From positions 1-32,868 of IMG/VR virus record IMGVR_UViG_3300025608_000057: 32,868 bases of DNA, one strand, 5' to 3'. Shown piece after piece: positions 8,801 through 20,300 of the stretch; the stretch's first letter is position 1; each line of letters begins with the position of its first letter. The position numbers and the translations under genes are program-made. The DNA is from a virus. Taxonomy: Duplodnaviria; Caudoviricetes. Under the pieces are notes generated by a model that was given only the letters and a program-made list of their open reading frames with translations, searched no databases and was not told where the DNA came from.

Positions 8801-8985
8801 GGTAATTCCGTACTTTTTAGTTCGGGTGTTGCATTTACCTCCGCAGGCACACCCTGATTGTCTTCCTGTGGAGGGGTTATCTTTCCCGATTCACGAGATT
8901 CATATTCTTTAATAACAGACGCAATATTTTCTTCCGGCTCACCCGCATCAATCATGCGTTGAACAATTAATTCAAGTTCATTCAT
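2845..8985 (-). CDS. Giant putative ejection (internal virion) / polyvalent protein with zincin, sigma-70 region-2-like and C-terminal helical domains
   Basis: 2046 aa, third gene of the post-nozzle cluster. It has Gly/Ala-rich hydrophobic helices with SEGLTEG, HELLH at aa 569-573 plus a downstream EE, and a sigma2-like GLLDLINAYDTSKGATLNTY. The C-terminal region resembles large polyvalent proteins. Confidence 0.75.
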   Translation of the reverse strand: MNELELIVQRMIDAGEPEENIASVIKEYESRESGKITPPQEDNQGVPAEVNATPELKSTELPLVDTSLELQGDKKDKEIQQEISKNFVSSFTGLPKSVIPSVSSIASGVLNTAAGLGDFVEKYGMAPIAALLKTGGTANINPGYALSEYEKIAKNNNLDLSAITDAADLISNLSTKKFDEEGREKDIYGLIEEGNYVDAADLAVNQALGSAPSLALSIASPIYGSALLGMSTAGGEFEKELKERPEESISKIASGSLLKGGIETATEFAGGYFAKTLGALNKTGITNKVMKDFTSNFLEKSLKTLGAGIGGSVSEGLTEGVTAIGQTFIDDKLYEDEIEGAAYIRNFLNGAIVGAVMGGPVTGTGRGISFSNIDKNKAYQFIAPKNWRLKNNEIQRNIIEAKINLQVAPSNKKKKFQEQINVLELQKENRLKELNTAFDGLTKKEILKFTDNISIIADATGEINNARYTKSQQNFAKQQLQNAANENETLVGKEMFDADIEKNISKTLKNTERINEAFVKAKQKVKNVKFEYLSDPKAEFDASFDPNTNTVIVNSPKALETEQTNAIGHELLHYMMAQKFATDNASMQPLVDSFKDYLKETQPEVYQRVQERIDLNYTDEAGNIERGALEEYFNVFSDLVAKEKIIVNESLSDKIKNTTTRFLNGLGFGSVKLETGKDVFNFIRNYQKNISEFKFKQLGVDLKSSKIPQAVKQEIQQSKKSISGDNIQKIFDEKGKDGAFDIIEAYKPLTKRITNKYRDVPGFDFELLQSEIEIGKRGLLDLINAYDTSKGATLNTYIQGQLERRAIEAANRILDTEFKLDVTEAKAVTDTSTEESIEAQEQVEIADEIKSLRKEIGLSEELVTTVKDAVIKTFGTKLPNPQDPKFRLELQKRFRTELKKPLAKFVGKQADYESFLRDNFQSIYNKLPQSLINRRFKDFQEPVLDKNGKHVREKTAEGNKVYTKKKITPAEWIKYFLGTDVGRSTQGTRKTAVVEAVAEEIAFDATMEVLQSPDVINKYQDIAGITGEVLPENFKAVIAKQIDRSENFKFSKSLANQAEVKYSLSSQELASILFEKNMIELANDFPDIADSINNESFKKSYPKVFFDIVVPAFDKAVNTAIDNNDTILAEDIVFHFIKIFSRGTRSVSSKKGELKLTTNKALWENVIYPTIKGTGLSSKKKFNLLKSGQRSYIRYGDMAIGTLIDVTSNSVRNQIMSGEITKAEVNNQNAEARDALQNIVFNIGKKHPGLAASIIKLNQKDQRTIFRGAATLNRIVQNYSGETVYEHNPPVQFVFNEIIDYFKNPSDSKKNDLKNLFNTMEANLVPKDFAEIVDEKYKDKMPPKGIFRYSDALSKTDYTFDEGEFKYSKSLSKDFNKFLEASTGIDFAKEYSADKASIIGKGKGKYKFFVPYSAEDFVGLLYTTLAKSKKGDEQMQFYKDNLLTPFAKAIRQFETDKQMSMNAWANLKKQINNTPAKLGKTNETGYTNEQAVRLYIWNRQDTLPEGSSKQDVNEVIKFINKNENLKNFAEQLISLAPPGEYANPSGNWLEGTITTDMLSYVNQVKRSEYMQEWKDNVEEIFGEFKQGKLEGPNINKLKALYGDQYVESLTDILYRMKDGRNRRAGGNKIERAWLEWVNGSVGSIMFLNARSALLQTISAVNFINFTDNNPIMAAKAFANQSQFWNDFGFLFNSDFLKQRRAGLKTDVNADEIASAAKTADNKVRAAFNAILKFGFLPTQMADSFAIAIGGASFYRNRLNKYVKDGMSQEAAQEQAFLDFTETAEESQQSSRPDRISMQQASSLGRVILAFANTPMQYARLTKKAMQDLAAGRGDWKTNISKLMYYSVIQNVVFSALQQALFALLFSDEEDDKEKERLWNIGNGSLDTLLRGTGLYGAIASTSKNVILEIIKQNKAKRTDYTKAVMKATSLSPPINSKLNKLNSAAKAFTYRQDKEKMRTEGFSLDNPAFLAGGRIVSALTNLPADRAIIKADHIKTAMESETELWQSIALTLGYSEWDLGMIEKQTKKPSSKFKKFKKFEKFKKFK
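2848..2892 (-). repeat. 9-bp-period tandem repeat encoding KFKKFKKFEKFKKFK
   Basis: About five degenerate copies of AAACTTTTT/AAATTTTT on the + strand, at the extreme 3' end of the 2046-aa gene. Confidence 0.8.
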
Positions 8986-8986
8986 A

Positions 8987-10315
8987 TTATTGTTTATTTT
9001 GCGTTGAGTATTTAGCTAATAAATCAGCAGGATTCATTGGTTCTTTAGACATTTCTTCTCCTGTTATTTTTAAAGACATTAATAAATTTGGTACATCTTT
9101 TTGTTCTAGCATTCCGTTCTCTACTCTAGCCGCTATGATTTGTCTCATTTTTTCAGCATCTGTCATGCTATCAAGCACAGGAATTTTTCCGTTTAAAATT
9201 ATACCACTATCATTAGGGTAAGGGCTTCCTTCTTCTCCTTTTTCAAAAGTAGAAGCAACGCCTCCTGAAGCAATAGTAATACTATTAATATCACTAAAAT
9301 CAACTTTACTTAAATCTTGAGATGCTAAAATAGAACGATCAGAATACTCTCTTTGTTCTTTTTGCTCTTTTAATATTTGAGCAGCTGTTAAACCTTTAGT
9401 TTGGTTTTTATCAATTTTTGCAGAGGCAATCTTTTGATGCCTTCCATATGCTCTATCGTATGATGTTTTTGCTGCTTTTTTATAATTATTTTTAATAATA
9501 TCTATAAGTTGATTTTTAACATTGTCTCCTAAATCATCTAACTTGCCATTATCTTCAAAATCTTCACGTATTTGATCTATGGTAACACCTTTAGGTAAAT
9601 CAACACCTAATTCATCAACTACAATGCTAGCTATATCTGCATCAGAATATCTAGTATTATTTAACTCTTCGTTTATTTTACTTTCAAAATCGTTTTCATC
9701 CCAACCTTGTAAACCATATTTTTCATAACTTTGCCCAAGAGCAGTTAATTGATTTCTATAAGCATCAGATCTTCTTGATATATGTCTTGTGTTAACTAAT
9801 GAATTAAAATCTTTTACTGTACCATCAGCAAATACAAACTCGTCACCTGACACTTTAAAATTACCTTGAAAAATATCATTAACTCTTTCCATTAACTGAG
9901 GACTATTTAGTTTACTTAAATCCTCCGGGCTTGTATCAGCAAATTGAGCTATCCATTGTTTAAAATCACCAGCTTTGGTTGCAACTTTTCCTATACTAGC
10001 AACCGCATCTTGGATTGCCATTTGTCTTTCAACAGGATTTAGGTCTTTATTTCTTATAGCTTCTAAGGCTTGACTTCTAGCCTCTAAAGCTTTACCCATC
10101 GCCCATTCACGCATTTGCATAGGTACTTGACTTTCGTCTAATTGAGGAAGTTGAGCAATTGCTTCAGCTTGAAGTTGCTGTCTTCTTTCTTCTACAAGTC
10201 TAGCTCTTTGTATTGCTTGTTCTCCTCTCTGAACAGCAGGTCGAACAGCTCCTGCTATATCTAAGGGTCTACCTCCGCCTATTGCTTGTCCAATTAATCT
10301 TGTATCTAATGCCAT
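8987..10315 (-). CDS. Putative ejection protein (middle), ~442 aa
   Basis: The likely start is ATG at 10315 (MALDTRL...), after an AT-rich leader and without overlapping the upstream gene. Helical, Gln/Glu/Lys-rich, and positioned between the small and giant ejection-type genes. Confidence 0.65.
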   Translation of the reverse strand: MALDTRLIGQAIGGGRPLDIAGAVRPAVQRGEQAIQRARLVEERRQQLQAEAIAQLPQLDESQVPMQMREWAMGKALEARSQALEAIRNKDLNPVERQMAIQDAVASIGKVATKAGDFKQWIAQFADTSPEDLSKLNSPQLMERVNDIFQGNFKVSGDEFVFADGTVKDFNSLVNTRHISRRSDAYRNQLTALGQSYEKYGLQGWDENDFESKINEELNNTRYSDADIASIVVDELGVDLPKGVTIDQIREDFEDNGKLDDLGDNVKNQLIDIIKNNYKKAAKTSYDRAYGRHQKIASAKIDKNQTKGLTAAQILKEQKEQREYSDRSILASQDLSKVDFSDINSITIASGGVASTFEKGEEGSPYPNDSGIILNGKIPVLDSMTDAEKMRQIIAARVENGMLEQKDVPNLLMSLKITGEEMSKEPMNPADLLAKYSTQNKQ

Positions 10316-10325
10316 AATATATATT

Positions 10326-11039
10326 TTAAAATCCTCCTGCAGCAATTCTTCCAGCTCCTGCAGCAATATTAGCAACACCTCCTACTAAACCTTCAGTAGC
10401 TTGCCTTCTTGCTTCATCGGCTGCTAATTTTCTTGTTGCAGCAGTTTCGTACATGTCTTCAGTTCTGCCAAATTCTTTTTCTTGAACATACTGAGCACCT
10501 CTAGCTCTTGCTCCTTCTAATTGCTGTTGGCCTTGTGCTCTAGCCATTTGATTTCTAGCCTCTTGTTGGCCTATACTAGCGGAGGATGCTTGTAGATTAG
10601 TTGATTGTTGCTGGGCTAGTGTTTGAGCAAGTGCTGCAATTCCAGACCCACCAGCTGTTCTTTTTAAACTACCTAGCGTTCCTGCTAACGCCTGTTGCTG
10701 TTGTTGTGCTGCAAATTCAGACGCTTGAGTGTTTACTTTTAAATCTTCAAACGGATTTGTCATATTTGCTGTAGGGTCTTGAAATTCAAAGCTTTCGTAA
10801 GCTTTTCTTTGCTTTTCTAAATCAGCGCGTGCTGCTCTTTGCTCTTGTCTACGAGCACGACCTCCTACAATTCCGCCAGCAACTCCAGCTAACCCTTCCG
10901 CTATTTGTCCAAACGCCCCCGCGTCTGCTTTAAATGCTTTTTGTAAACCTTGTCCAAATGACTGTTGTCCTGCCTCGCTAAATTTTCCTTCACCCACTGC
11001 TGATTGAAAAGCTCCAGATTTATATATAGTGTCGCTCAT
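10326..11039 (-). CDS. Putative small ejection (pilot) protein, Gly/Ala/Gln-rich
   Basis: 237 aa. Hydrophobic Gly-rich segments (GLAGVAGGIVGG; GLVGGVANIAAGAG) flank a Gln/Ala coiled coil. Composition and position match podovirus small ejection proteins (P22 gp7/T7 gp14 type). Confidence 0.7.
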   Translation of the reverse strand: MSDTIYKSGAFQSAVGEGKFSEAGQQSFGQGLQKAFKADAGAFGQIAEGLAGVAGGIVGGRARRQEQRAARADLEKQRKAYESFEFQDPTANMTNPFEDLKVNTQASEFAAQQQQQALAGTLGSLKRTAGGSGIAALAQTLAQQQSTNLQASSASIGQQEARNQMARAQGQQQLEGARARGAQYVQEKEFGRTEDMYETAATRKLAADEARRQATEGLVGGVANIAAGAGRIAAGGF

Positions 11040-11041
11040 AA

Positions 11042-11365
11042 TTAATTACTACTTAAATGTGCTTCGGTATTAACTGCAAATAATTCAATCTTATCTGTAG
11101 ATGTATTTATAAGCTTTACATTGGCATGGTAACCAATAATACCTGAGCTGTTAATTTTATTGTTTTTTCCAAAAAATATATATGAATCCGTTGTTGGTCT
11201 AACGGATTTATCTTCAATATCTGCAACAAAACTTTTTTTATCCGCTGCTATTGATTTACATTCTCCCACAACTGATGTTTTATTGTTAAGTTGCTGATAT
11301 ATAATATCACCCGGTTGTAGTGAAGAATTAAGTTTATTTGTAAATGTTATTGTTATATCTGCCAT
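11042..11365 (-). CDS. 107-aa beta-rich tail-associated protein, possibly a detached nozzle C-terminal domain
   Basis: Likely start is ATG at 11365 (MADITITF), 2 nt after the nozzle stop. Ends with GIIGYHANVKLIN...IELFAVNTE. Confidence 0.7.
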   Translation of the reverse strand: MADITITFTNKLNSSLQPGDIIYQQLNNKTSVVGECKSIAADKKSFVADIEDKSVRPTTDSYIFFGKNNKINSSGIIGYHANVKLINTSTDKIELFAVNTEAHLSSN

Positions 11366-11367
11366 GA

Positions 11368-14300
11368 TTATATTATAAGATTCATTTTTCCTTCTTTCCA
11401 ATTATTACCTTGTATAAAAATAGGTATTTCAATCTTTAAGGTGTCTGGAATATTTTTAAAGTTTTTAGGCGCTAAATAAGCGGATGTAAATTGATCTTTA
11501 GTAATTGTAAGTATTACTTTATTCACTGTTGTAATTGATGGTTTTTTAGAATCATCAAATGAAAATATACTTACTCCGCCTGTTCCTGAAACTGCTACAT
11601 CTTTTGGCGTATAATTTTCAAGTATTGTGGGTCGATCATTTGAATATGGACCAAAAGTGATTGTAATATTATTTACATAATCAGAGTCTAAATAAAAAGT
11701 ATTAAAATTCGATCTTCGTGGTAAAAAATAATATGATGTTTGGTTTTTTCTAAATTTTAGAGGAGGTACCCAAAATGAAATTTCGCTATATTGTTTACCT
11801 GCATTATTTTCTATCCAATACTGAAAACTTATAGCAATATTACTAGTAAGTTCAAGTTCATATGATACAGTATTACCGTTTTTAGTAAAATGTTTATTTT
11901 TATAACCTTTATCATAAAAAAGGGCTTCTGATGACCTAATCTCACTAAGACTATATTTAAAAATTGTAAGCCCTATATTAGAAAAAGAATTAGTATTAGA
12001 AATTATAGCATTTATTTTTAATTTACCTAGCCCTTCTATTGTTGCATTGGTTAATTCTAAAGGTTGCATTGTTATTGCAGGAAGCACTAATGATTTATTT
12101 GTAGTAAATGTTAAAATTTCATTACTATAACCATAACCACCAGAATTTTTAGCATAAGATCTAAAAGAATATGTTGTATTTTCTGCTAGTCCAGATATTG
12201 CTTTTGAAAAATTACCTACAAAATCAGTTGTATCTGCAATTTGCACACCTGCATAATTTATATCAAAATTTGCCGTACTCAATCCAGCTCCTGGAAAATA
12301 AATAAAACCAGATTCAGTAATTGATGAATTTCCCGCTGATACTATTTTTCCATTTAATATTGCAGAGTTTTCTGTTAAAGAAGTTGCGGCTGATATATTT
12401 AATGCAGGAATAACAGCATCTTCTAATGTAAAAGTCTTGATATTTCCATATGAAAATCCTTTTTCACCCTCTCCAAAAGCTCTATATCTATAATTAATAT
12501 TACTTAATAAATTATTTACAGTTTTATTAAAAGCACCTGTAGTTTGTCCACTAATGCTAAAAATAAAATCATTATTTATAACATCAGGTACTCCTTGTGC
12601 TGATAATACAAAACCTTTGCCTAATAATGTAGAACCGTTAATATTCGTTATATTACCATTTAATTTTACACTATTACTTGTTTTATCTGTAGCGTCATTT
12701 GTTACAACAGTTGGTAGACCAAAAGCACCAGTAGTTAAACTATTTGCGGAACCATAATAAATTGTTGTACCTGTTCCTTGCCAATTGTTCTTTAAAGTAA
12801 CACCAAAAGGATATATAGTGGCATTGTTGTTAGAGTTATATGGGATATCTGAAGCTGTTTTACCTTTTATCCATGCAAACGCTTTGTAGTAATAAGTTGT
12901 ATCAGGTTTTAAATTATATATATTTAAGCTGCCAGTAACCGACGTGCCAATATTATTATCAAAAACAAACATCTTTACATTTGATGGTAATGTAAAATCT
13001 GAATTAAATGCAGGGTTACTATTTTGATCTGATATTAAAACACCATAAGAAATAAGATCTGTATTAACTTTTGATGGATTAGATAACACTGCACCAAAAT
13101 TAGCTTTATAACCTTCTTGCCAATTACCAATCTGAAGATTAGTTGCTAAGCTATTCTTTTTAACATAAGATACGCTTGATGCTGTTGATGTGCTAACAGA
13201 TAAAGATATTGATTTATTGTAAACTATAGGGACCTGAATAGTGTCAGAATATGCTATATTGTCCGTTTGTTTAGTGTTTTTTGCATAAGCTTTTAAATAC
13301 AAAACTGGTGAGTGTTCAAACAAAGGATTACTAGAACTAACTGCTCCACCATCTTTTGTAACATATAAAGGTCCTGTGTGATCAGTAGGCTTTGCATCAA
13401 TTACTTTTACTTTAATACCATTAGTATCAACATTTAAACTAGGTATATTCATATTTGTATATGACTCTGAATATTTACCTTTATTTATCGTATTAATAGG
13501 TAAGTTAATTGAACCTGTTAGCCCGTTAGGTAATTGATATATAGTGTCATAAGTAATACCAACCTCAGATATATCAGCTCCTCCAGAATAAGATATATTT
13601 GCAATAACAGAAAAAGATGCGTATGAATTAGATACTATTTCAATGCTGTCAATAATAGGCTTTGTACCTCTATCAATTTTTGATTTATTTATTAAAACAT
13701 TTACACTCCCCCCTTTTATCTCAACAATTTCATTGCCTATAGAATAGAATAAGTCATCTAATAAAATTGTTCCATTTTCATCTTCAAAAAACTTATCACC
13801 AGGTTGAGGGTCATTAGGGTCTCCATTTGTATAAACAACTTTGTTTTCTACAACGTTGTCAGAAGCCGCATCTTTTTTGTCGTTAAACCCTGTAGAAATA
13901 ACTATTGGAGTTATTAATCTTATTGGATCTGGGGTTTGTATTTTAACGTCTAATATAGCGTTTTCTGCTGTTGCTGTATAAGGTATTGAGCATACAATAG
14001 CCCCATTATTATCTATAGTAGTTGTAACACCACCTACTCCTAAAGTTGCATTTGTAGCAGTAGTGGTTACTGTTATTGTTCCAGCGTTTTCAAAAGTAAA
14101 ACCATTTACAGGTGCAATAGTTTTAGTTATAGTTTTTGCAATGTTAACTTCAACATTATCAGAAAAAGAATTAACAAGATTAGCATTACCTCCAGATGTT
14201 GAAATATAAGTTACACTATCTACAGGATCATTATTAGAGTCACTACAATAAATATTTATTAATGTATTTGAAATAGTTTTATTTGCCGCATCAAATGTTG

Positions 14301-17300
14301 ATATTGTTTTTGGCTTTAAATTTATAGTTGAATTAGTATTTGGGAATAAAACAGATTTATCAATTTTAAATCCTATTGAAATACTTTTATCATCATTTTC
14401 TTCATATATAAAAGAATCTACATAAGTAGATGTAACGTCAGTAGAATTTTCTTCAAGTATAAAGTTTTCAATTAAAAACGTTTTTATATCTGAAGGTCTT
14501 TCAAAATTATAACTTGCCGACGGAACCAATTTAAACAATAAAAGATTATTTGCTGCATCACCTATTGATGATCCAGCATTGCCTGTAACATCTATATTGT
14601 TAGCACTTGAGTATGTGTAATTTACTGACCCAGGAACAGCAAAAGAAAAAGTAAGAGTAATTTCTTTGCTTACAATATTATCTATATTAAGAATTATTTC
14701 TTGATTCCCTAAAAACTCTTCAACATAAACATCCGCAGTAATTTTTAAATATCCTATGTTTCCTGAAGTTAATATTTCACTACTTAAATTAGAATATTTG
14801 ACAATATTATTTTCACCTGAAATAGAAATAAAATCATTTGGTATTATGTCTCTTATTTCATTCCAAGTAACTCCTGAAGGCGGACCAATTTCCCAAGAAA
14901 GTGTTTTTGTTCCGTTTGAGCTTTCTTTTTCATAACCTGTAATTACCTGCGTGTTTGATCTTCCTGCTTGAAATATTATACCATCTGTAAATACATATGA
15001 AAGTGCTGAAATTTTAATTTCGCTTATATCATTTTGCTTTTGATTTATAGAAAAAGGTTCACCTAAACCTATGCCAGGGGCTTCATCTGTATTATTACCT
15101 GGATCAATTTGTACATTTACAGTAGTGTCGGCTAGAGAAGCGGGCACATCAAAAGTTATCCCAACTTCTCCTTCATCAGGAATAATAAAGGGTATTGATT
15201 CAATAACATCTCCATTTTCATCCAAAATTAATGCCGAGCCATCAGCACCAGGGTCACCTATAATTTCAACAATTAATTCACCGCCATCTAAGGGTATACT
15301 AGTTTTAGGAATAATTACCCCTTCTATTTTAGGGTTAGGAATTATTTCTTCAATAGCAGACAAAGATATTTCGTAATTAATATTTGCTTCGTTTATTCCA
15401 TCAATAGTAATAAACTCTGTTAAAGTTATAGTGCCATCTGAATTTTTTATAGCGTCAAAGGTAGCCCTTCCGTTATTAGACTCTATATCATCAATAAAAA
15501 TATTATATCCGCTATCGGGTGTTATTTTTCTTATAACAGTTTGTATTTTTCTGTTTTTTGTATTTGTAACGGAATAAGCACCAGAAGCTGTATTTATTGT
15601 TGCATTTTGAATGTTTGAAGTAAAATTACCACTTACTGTAAATTCTTTTTCTTTCGCTACTCCTTCATATGGTATTTCGAATATTTCATCAATCCCATCT
15701 TCAGTGACTGCATCGCTATCATCTTTAAGTTTTCCATCTCCTGTTAATGTTTCAATATCATCAAATATTATTGTATCGTCTTCTTTGAAATTGCTATCAT
15801 CATTAGATTTTTTAATTTCTTCTAACTTTTCAACAGGTACCTCAGCAACAATATTATCCCCATCTTTAGTCCAATCAATACCTTTTGTTTTAAAATCTTT
15901 CGGATCTAATTCATAACCGTCTTTAGGTTGTATTTCAATTTTAGCCAATTTGCTTGTGTCGTCAAAAGAAACAATAGTTTCTTTAATAGCAATCCCCGTT
16001 TCATTAACTATAGGTTTATCGCAACTAAAGCCAGCTATAGTTTTTGGCTTTAATTTTATTTTAAATGTTTTTTGTGTTTTTGCTGTTACTGATGATACGC
16101 TAGAAGGTTTTCCTATACCTTGTACTGAAAAGTTTTTTAAATCAATATTAGAAATATTTTTATCTTCTCCTTGTATATTACTAAAGTATTTGTTTTCTTT
16201 TTCTATAAAAGAAAGTGTTGAACTTGTGTTTTGATCTGTTACAACTTTTGCTTTCCAATCTTTAGTTCCTTCATAGCTTAAAGTTCTAAATCTTTTTACA
16301 ACAGAAGCATCTTGATTAATAACATATTGAACTGAAGAAGTATATTGCGTGCCATAAAAATTATTTCTTAGAGCATTAACAGAGTCCTGTTCCCAAAGTT
16401 CACCATTATTATAAGTGTAAAATTTACTATTTAATGACACTCCCGCGTCGGGAACAAATGATTTTCTACTTGTCCATCCTTTAGAAGCTTCGTCAAAACA
16501 AATGGTGTCCAAACAAGGTATACTTACATTATAGCATCCATTATATTCATCGTAAGAACCTATAAATGTACTATATGTGTTTAACCTATTTTTAAAAAAG
16601 TCTGAAACGCCAACTATAGATATATCAGTTAACCCATCCATAGATAATCTTAAAACAGCTCCCCTTACTTTATCAACAAAATAAATTCTATAACCATGTA
16701 CCGCAAAAGATTCAGGATTTAATCCTATACCATACTCCCCATTAAAAGGTATTGCGGATCCAAGAACTAGATTAGATGCGGCTAAATTACCTGTACCGTC
16801 AGCATTGTAAAGCATATCTTTGTCAGCCAATACTTTTACAATCTTATCCTCACATAAAGCAACAAGGTCACTATCTCTAGTATATAGCTTTTGAATACTA
16901 CCGTAAGAAGGCAACAAATTTTTTGTTATGTTTAGCGCTTGAATAAATTGATTTGACTCGTTAATTCCATTTTTAGAATTAATTATCCCAGACCAAATTA
17001 ATCCATTGCTTACCCTGTCTTCTTTATATTTTTCTTCTAGCGTAGTTGATGCTCTTACTCCTTTGTCAATTGTGGGCGCATTAAAATCATCTCTAATTCT
17101 ATTTGATTCAACACCATTAAAATTAAATGCATTATACCATCTTAATATTTGCTCATCCCCATGCTGATCTATAGAATAAGCATCTTGTGTTTCATAATAT
17201 AAATCTAAATCAACAATATTTTCTTTAGGTTCAGTTTCAAATACAGCGGGGGATAAACTGCTAAAACCAGCATCATCACTTATTTTTTCTTTTATAATTG

Positions 17301-20300
17301 AAAAACTAAATTCAGGCGTATCATTGCCATAAATACAAAGATTTTCTTTTAGTCTTTCTGTAAATTTAATATGAACTGTACTTTGTTTATCTCCACCTAG
17401 AATTTGCAGCCACCCATGATCAGTTCTTTCTGTTATTTTTAAATCTTCAACTTGGTATTCGTGATCATGAGTACTAAATTTTATTTTAGAGCCTACTTCA
17501 ATAACGCCTAATAAAGTAGCATCTGTAAACCTACTAGATTGAGTAAAAGATATATCAAATTCGGTTTTAGTATTTTTATCTTTAAACCTCTTGCCTTTTC
17601 TTCCTCTTTTTTCACCTGTAGTTGTTCCACCACCACCGTTTTTTAAACCACCGTGAGAAACAAAATAAGGAAATACTTTTTTATCTATTTTACCTGGCCT
17701 TGTTTTTCCGTTTTCATTATCATTTCCATTTATTTGAGACTCAGTATGAATGGATATATATTCCTTATCTTCTTCAGCTATTAATTTTTCAATAATAGAT
17801 TTTTCAAGAATATTGTTATTTTTTAATTTAACAAAAAATCGGCCAGCAAACTCAGAAGTGTTTATATTAGTATCTTTTTCAGAAACTTGCATTGTTATAT
17901 TGCTATACAAAGCTCCGGCGTCTGTATATAAAGATTCTACATCTGAGTCAAAAGATCCATAAATAAATATTTGAGCAAAATTTTCAGCACCATTACCTCC
18001 TGTAATAGTTTTTATATTTTTTATTTTATAACTATTACTTTCTTTATCATTACCCTCTGCTATAAATTTTATGTTTTGCCCTGTAGTTAATAATTTTACT
18101 TGGGTATCATTTATTCCATCACTACCAGCTGTTCTTCCTATAATAATAGAAGTTCCGCCTTTAACAGGGGTTTGATTAGTTGCTTTTGTGTTTATAGTAT
18201 TAGATGTAACAGCTCCTAACGTTTTTAAAAACTCAACTTGTGATAAATTTGTAACTACCTTTTGCTTAGCTGTAATAAACTCAGGGGGTTCGTTTTTTAT
18301 TTCTAGTACTTTAAATCTATTATTTTCAGAAACAACAGGGTCTGGACTATCGTGTTCTTTTTTAAGCAATAAATAATCTTCTTTATTTAGTTTATTTACA
18401 TCTGAGGAAGGTAAAGATAGCCATACAAAACTAGGATCGTCTTCTTCTTGATAAACTCTATCTATAGCTAAATTATAGTATTCATTACTAACTTCTTTTA
18501 TAAAATACTTAAAATGAGTAGCCCAAGCGGGAGCGGCGCTGTTTATTTTTACTTTAGCAGCGTTATTTTTTATAGAAAATCTTTTATTTAAATTTAAAAT
18601 TCCAGATGGGTTAGAAAAAACAGGAGACTGCCTGTTAAATTCATCTATATATACAACACCTATTTGATAATTTCTGTCTGATTTTAAAGTTCTTTGCCCA
18701 GCTACCGATGCATTTATTGGATAATCTTCTCTAGCTACAGTAAAATCTACTTTATTAGTTACATTATAGTTTTGTAAATAATTGCCATAAATTATTCTAT
18801 TTGATGAAATTTCTTGAGCTTTTGCTTTTCTTGGAACATTATCCCATTGCCTTAATAATTGATTATTTTCAACTACAGAATGAATAATCTCTTTTTCTAA
18901 TTCATATATACCGTTAAAATCAGATTTATTTTTTTTGTCAATAATATATAAATTATTATTACTACTATCTTTATATACAATCTGTATTTCTTCTACATCA
19001 TCATCGCCCAAAGATATGTCAGTTAATTTTATGCTTCTAACATTATTTGTCATAGCTAAATTATAACCTTCCTGATGATTATACCTAAAATTAGTTCCAG
19101 GTAAAAAAGCAGTTTCTGAAAATGGAGATAAAGTGGAATATTCTCCATCATAATATTTCCATCTATAAGAAAAACGTGGAAATTTTAATTCATACAAAGA
19201 TTTTCCTTGATCTTGTTTTAATTCAAAAACAAAATTTTCATCTTCAACCTCTCCTATAAGAGATAGTATTTTTAAATCAATCGTTTTTGTAGTAGTGCCT
19301 GTAATTTTAACAACCTCTAATTCTCCCTCAACTTTGGTTGATTGGCCCGATACGGGCTCAAAAGTAATAAAACTTCCTTCTTTCCATTGTATATTATCAG
19401 CAGTCCATGTTATAGTAAATTTATTATTTTTATTTGTATCTAAACCATTAAAGTTTAAACTAAGCACTCTAATATATTTACCTAATTGATTAGGAGTAGC
19501 GTTTAAATCTAATTTAGGGGCTGATAGGGGAGCTTTTTTTGCAACAGCTATATCTTTTTCTTTAAAAGATTTTCCGTTAATCTGGGTTCTTATATTTGAG
19601 TTCCCATTTGTATATTTTTTAAACTTAGATATATCAATTTTTCTTGGCTGATTAAAGTCATCAGTCCAAAATAATATACCGTCTATAATATTTATACCTG
19701 TTATGAATTTATTTTTATTAAAATTCAATATAGTATTGTATACATACTCAGCATTCAGGTCAATTATTTCAAGAGTATTACCTAAATATTCAATATCGTA
19801 AAATACTAATTCATTGTTTTTTTGGTATTCTATAATAGTATTTTTTGGTATTTCAATATCTATATCAAATACAGTATTTTTTAAATAAACCGTATTCTTT
19901 ATAAGAGTCTGACTGCCAATTAATTGTGTATTTAAAGATCCCCCTATTATTAATTCTAATTCTAATTTATTGTAGTTTTTAATTACAAGTTCAGAATTTT
20001 CATTAGATTTAATTGTAACACCTCCTAATACGGAGTTACTTTTACTTTTTAAATCTACTAATATAGGAACTACTTTATTTTGTATTTGGTTATACTCATA
20101 TATAGAGTCTGAATAATCACTAGTTACAAACCAATATATTTTTTCTTGTAAATCCCATTTTATAGCACCTATTGTTTTTGAATTTTCTAATGTACTAGTT
20201 ATTGCTGAAATTTTTTCATTACCTAATAGGTTTTCAATAGCTCCAACATCTGAGCCTTCTGAATTTGTTATATTAACATTAAGAGCATCGCGGTATTCAC

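Noticed and set aside
2845-8985. Giant protein as a crAss-type virion RNA polymerase
   Set aside because: No DxDxD/DFDID catalytic motif was found on reading the translation.
10316-10378. Upstream start given in the track for the 463-aa ORF
   Set aside because: It overlaps the preceding gene by 53 nt. ATG at 10315 has the typical AT-rich leader.
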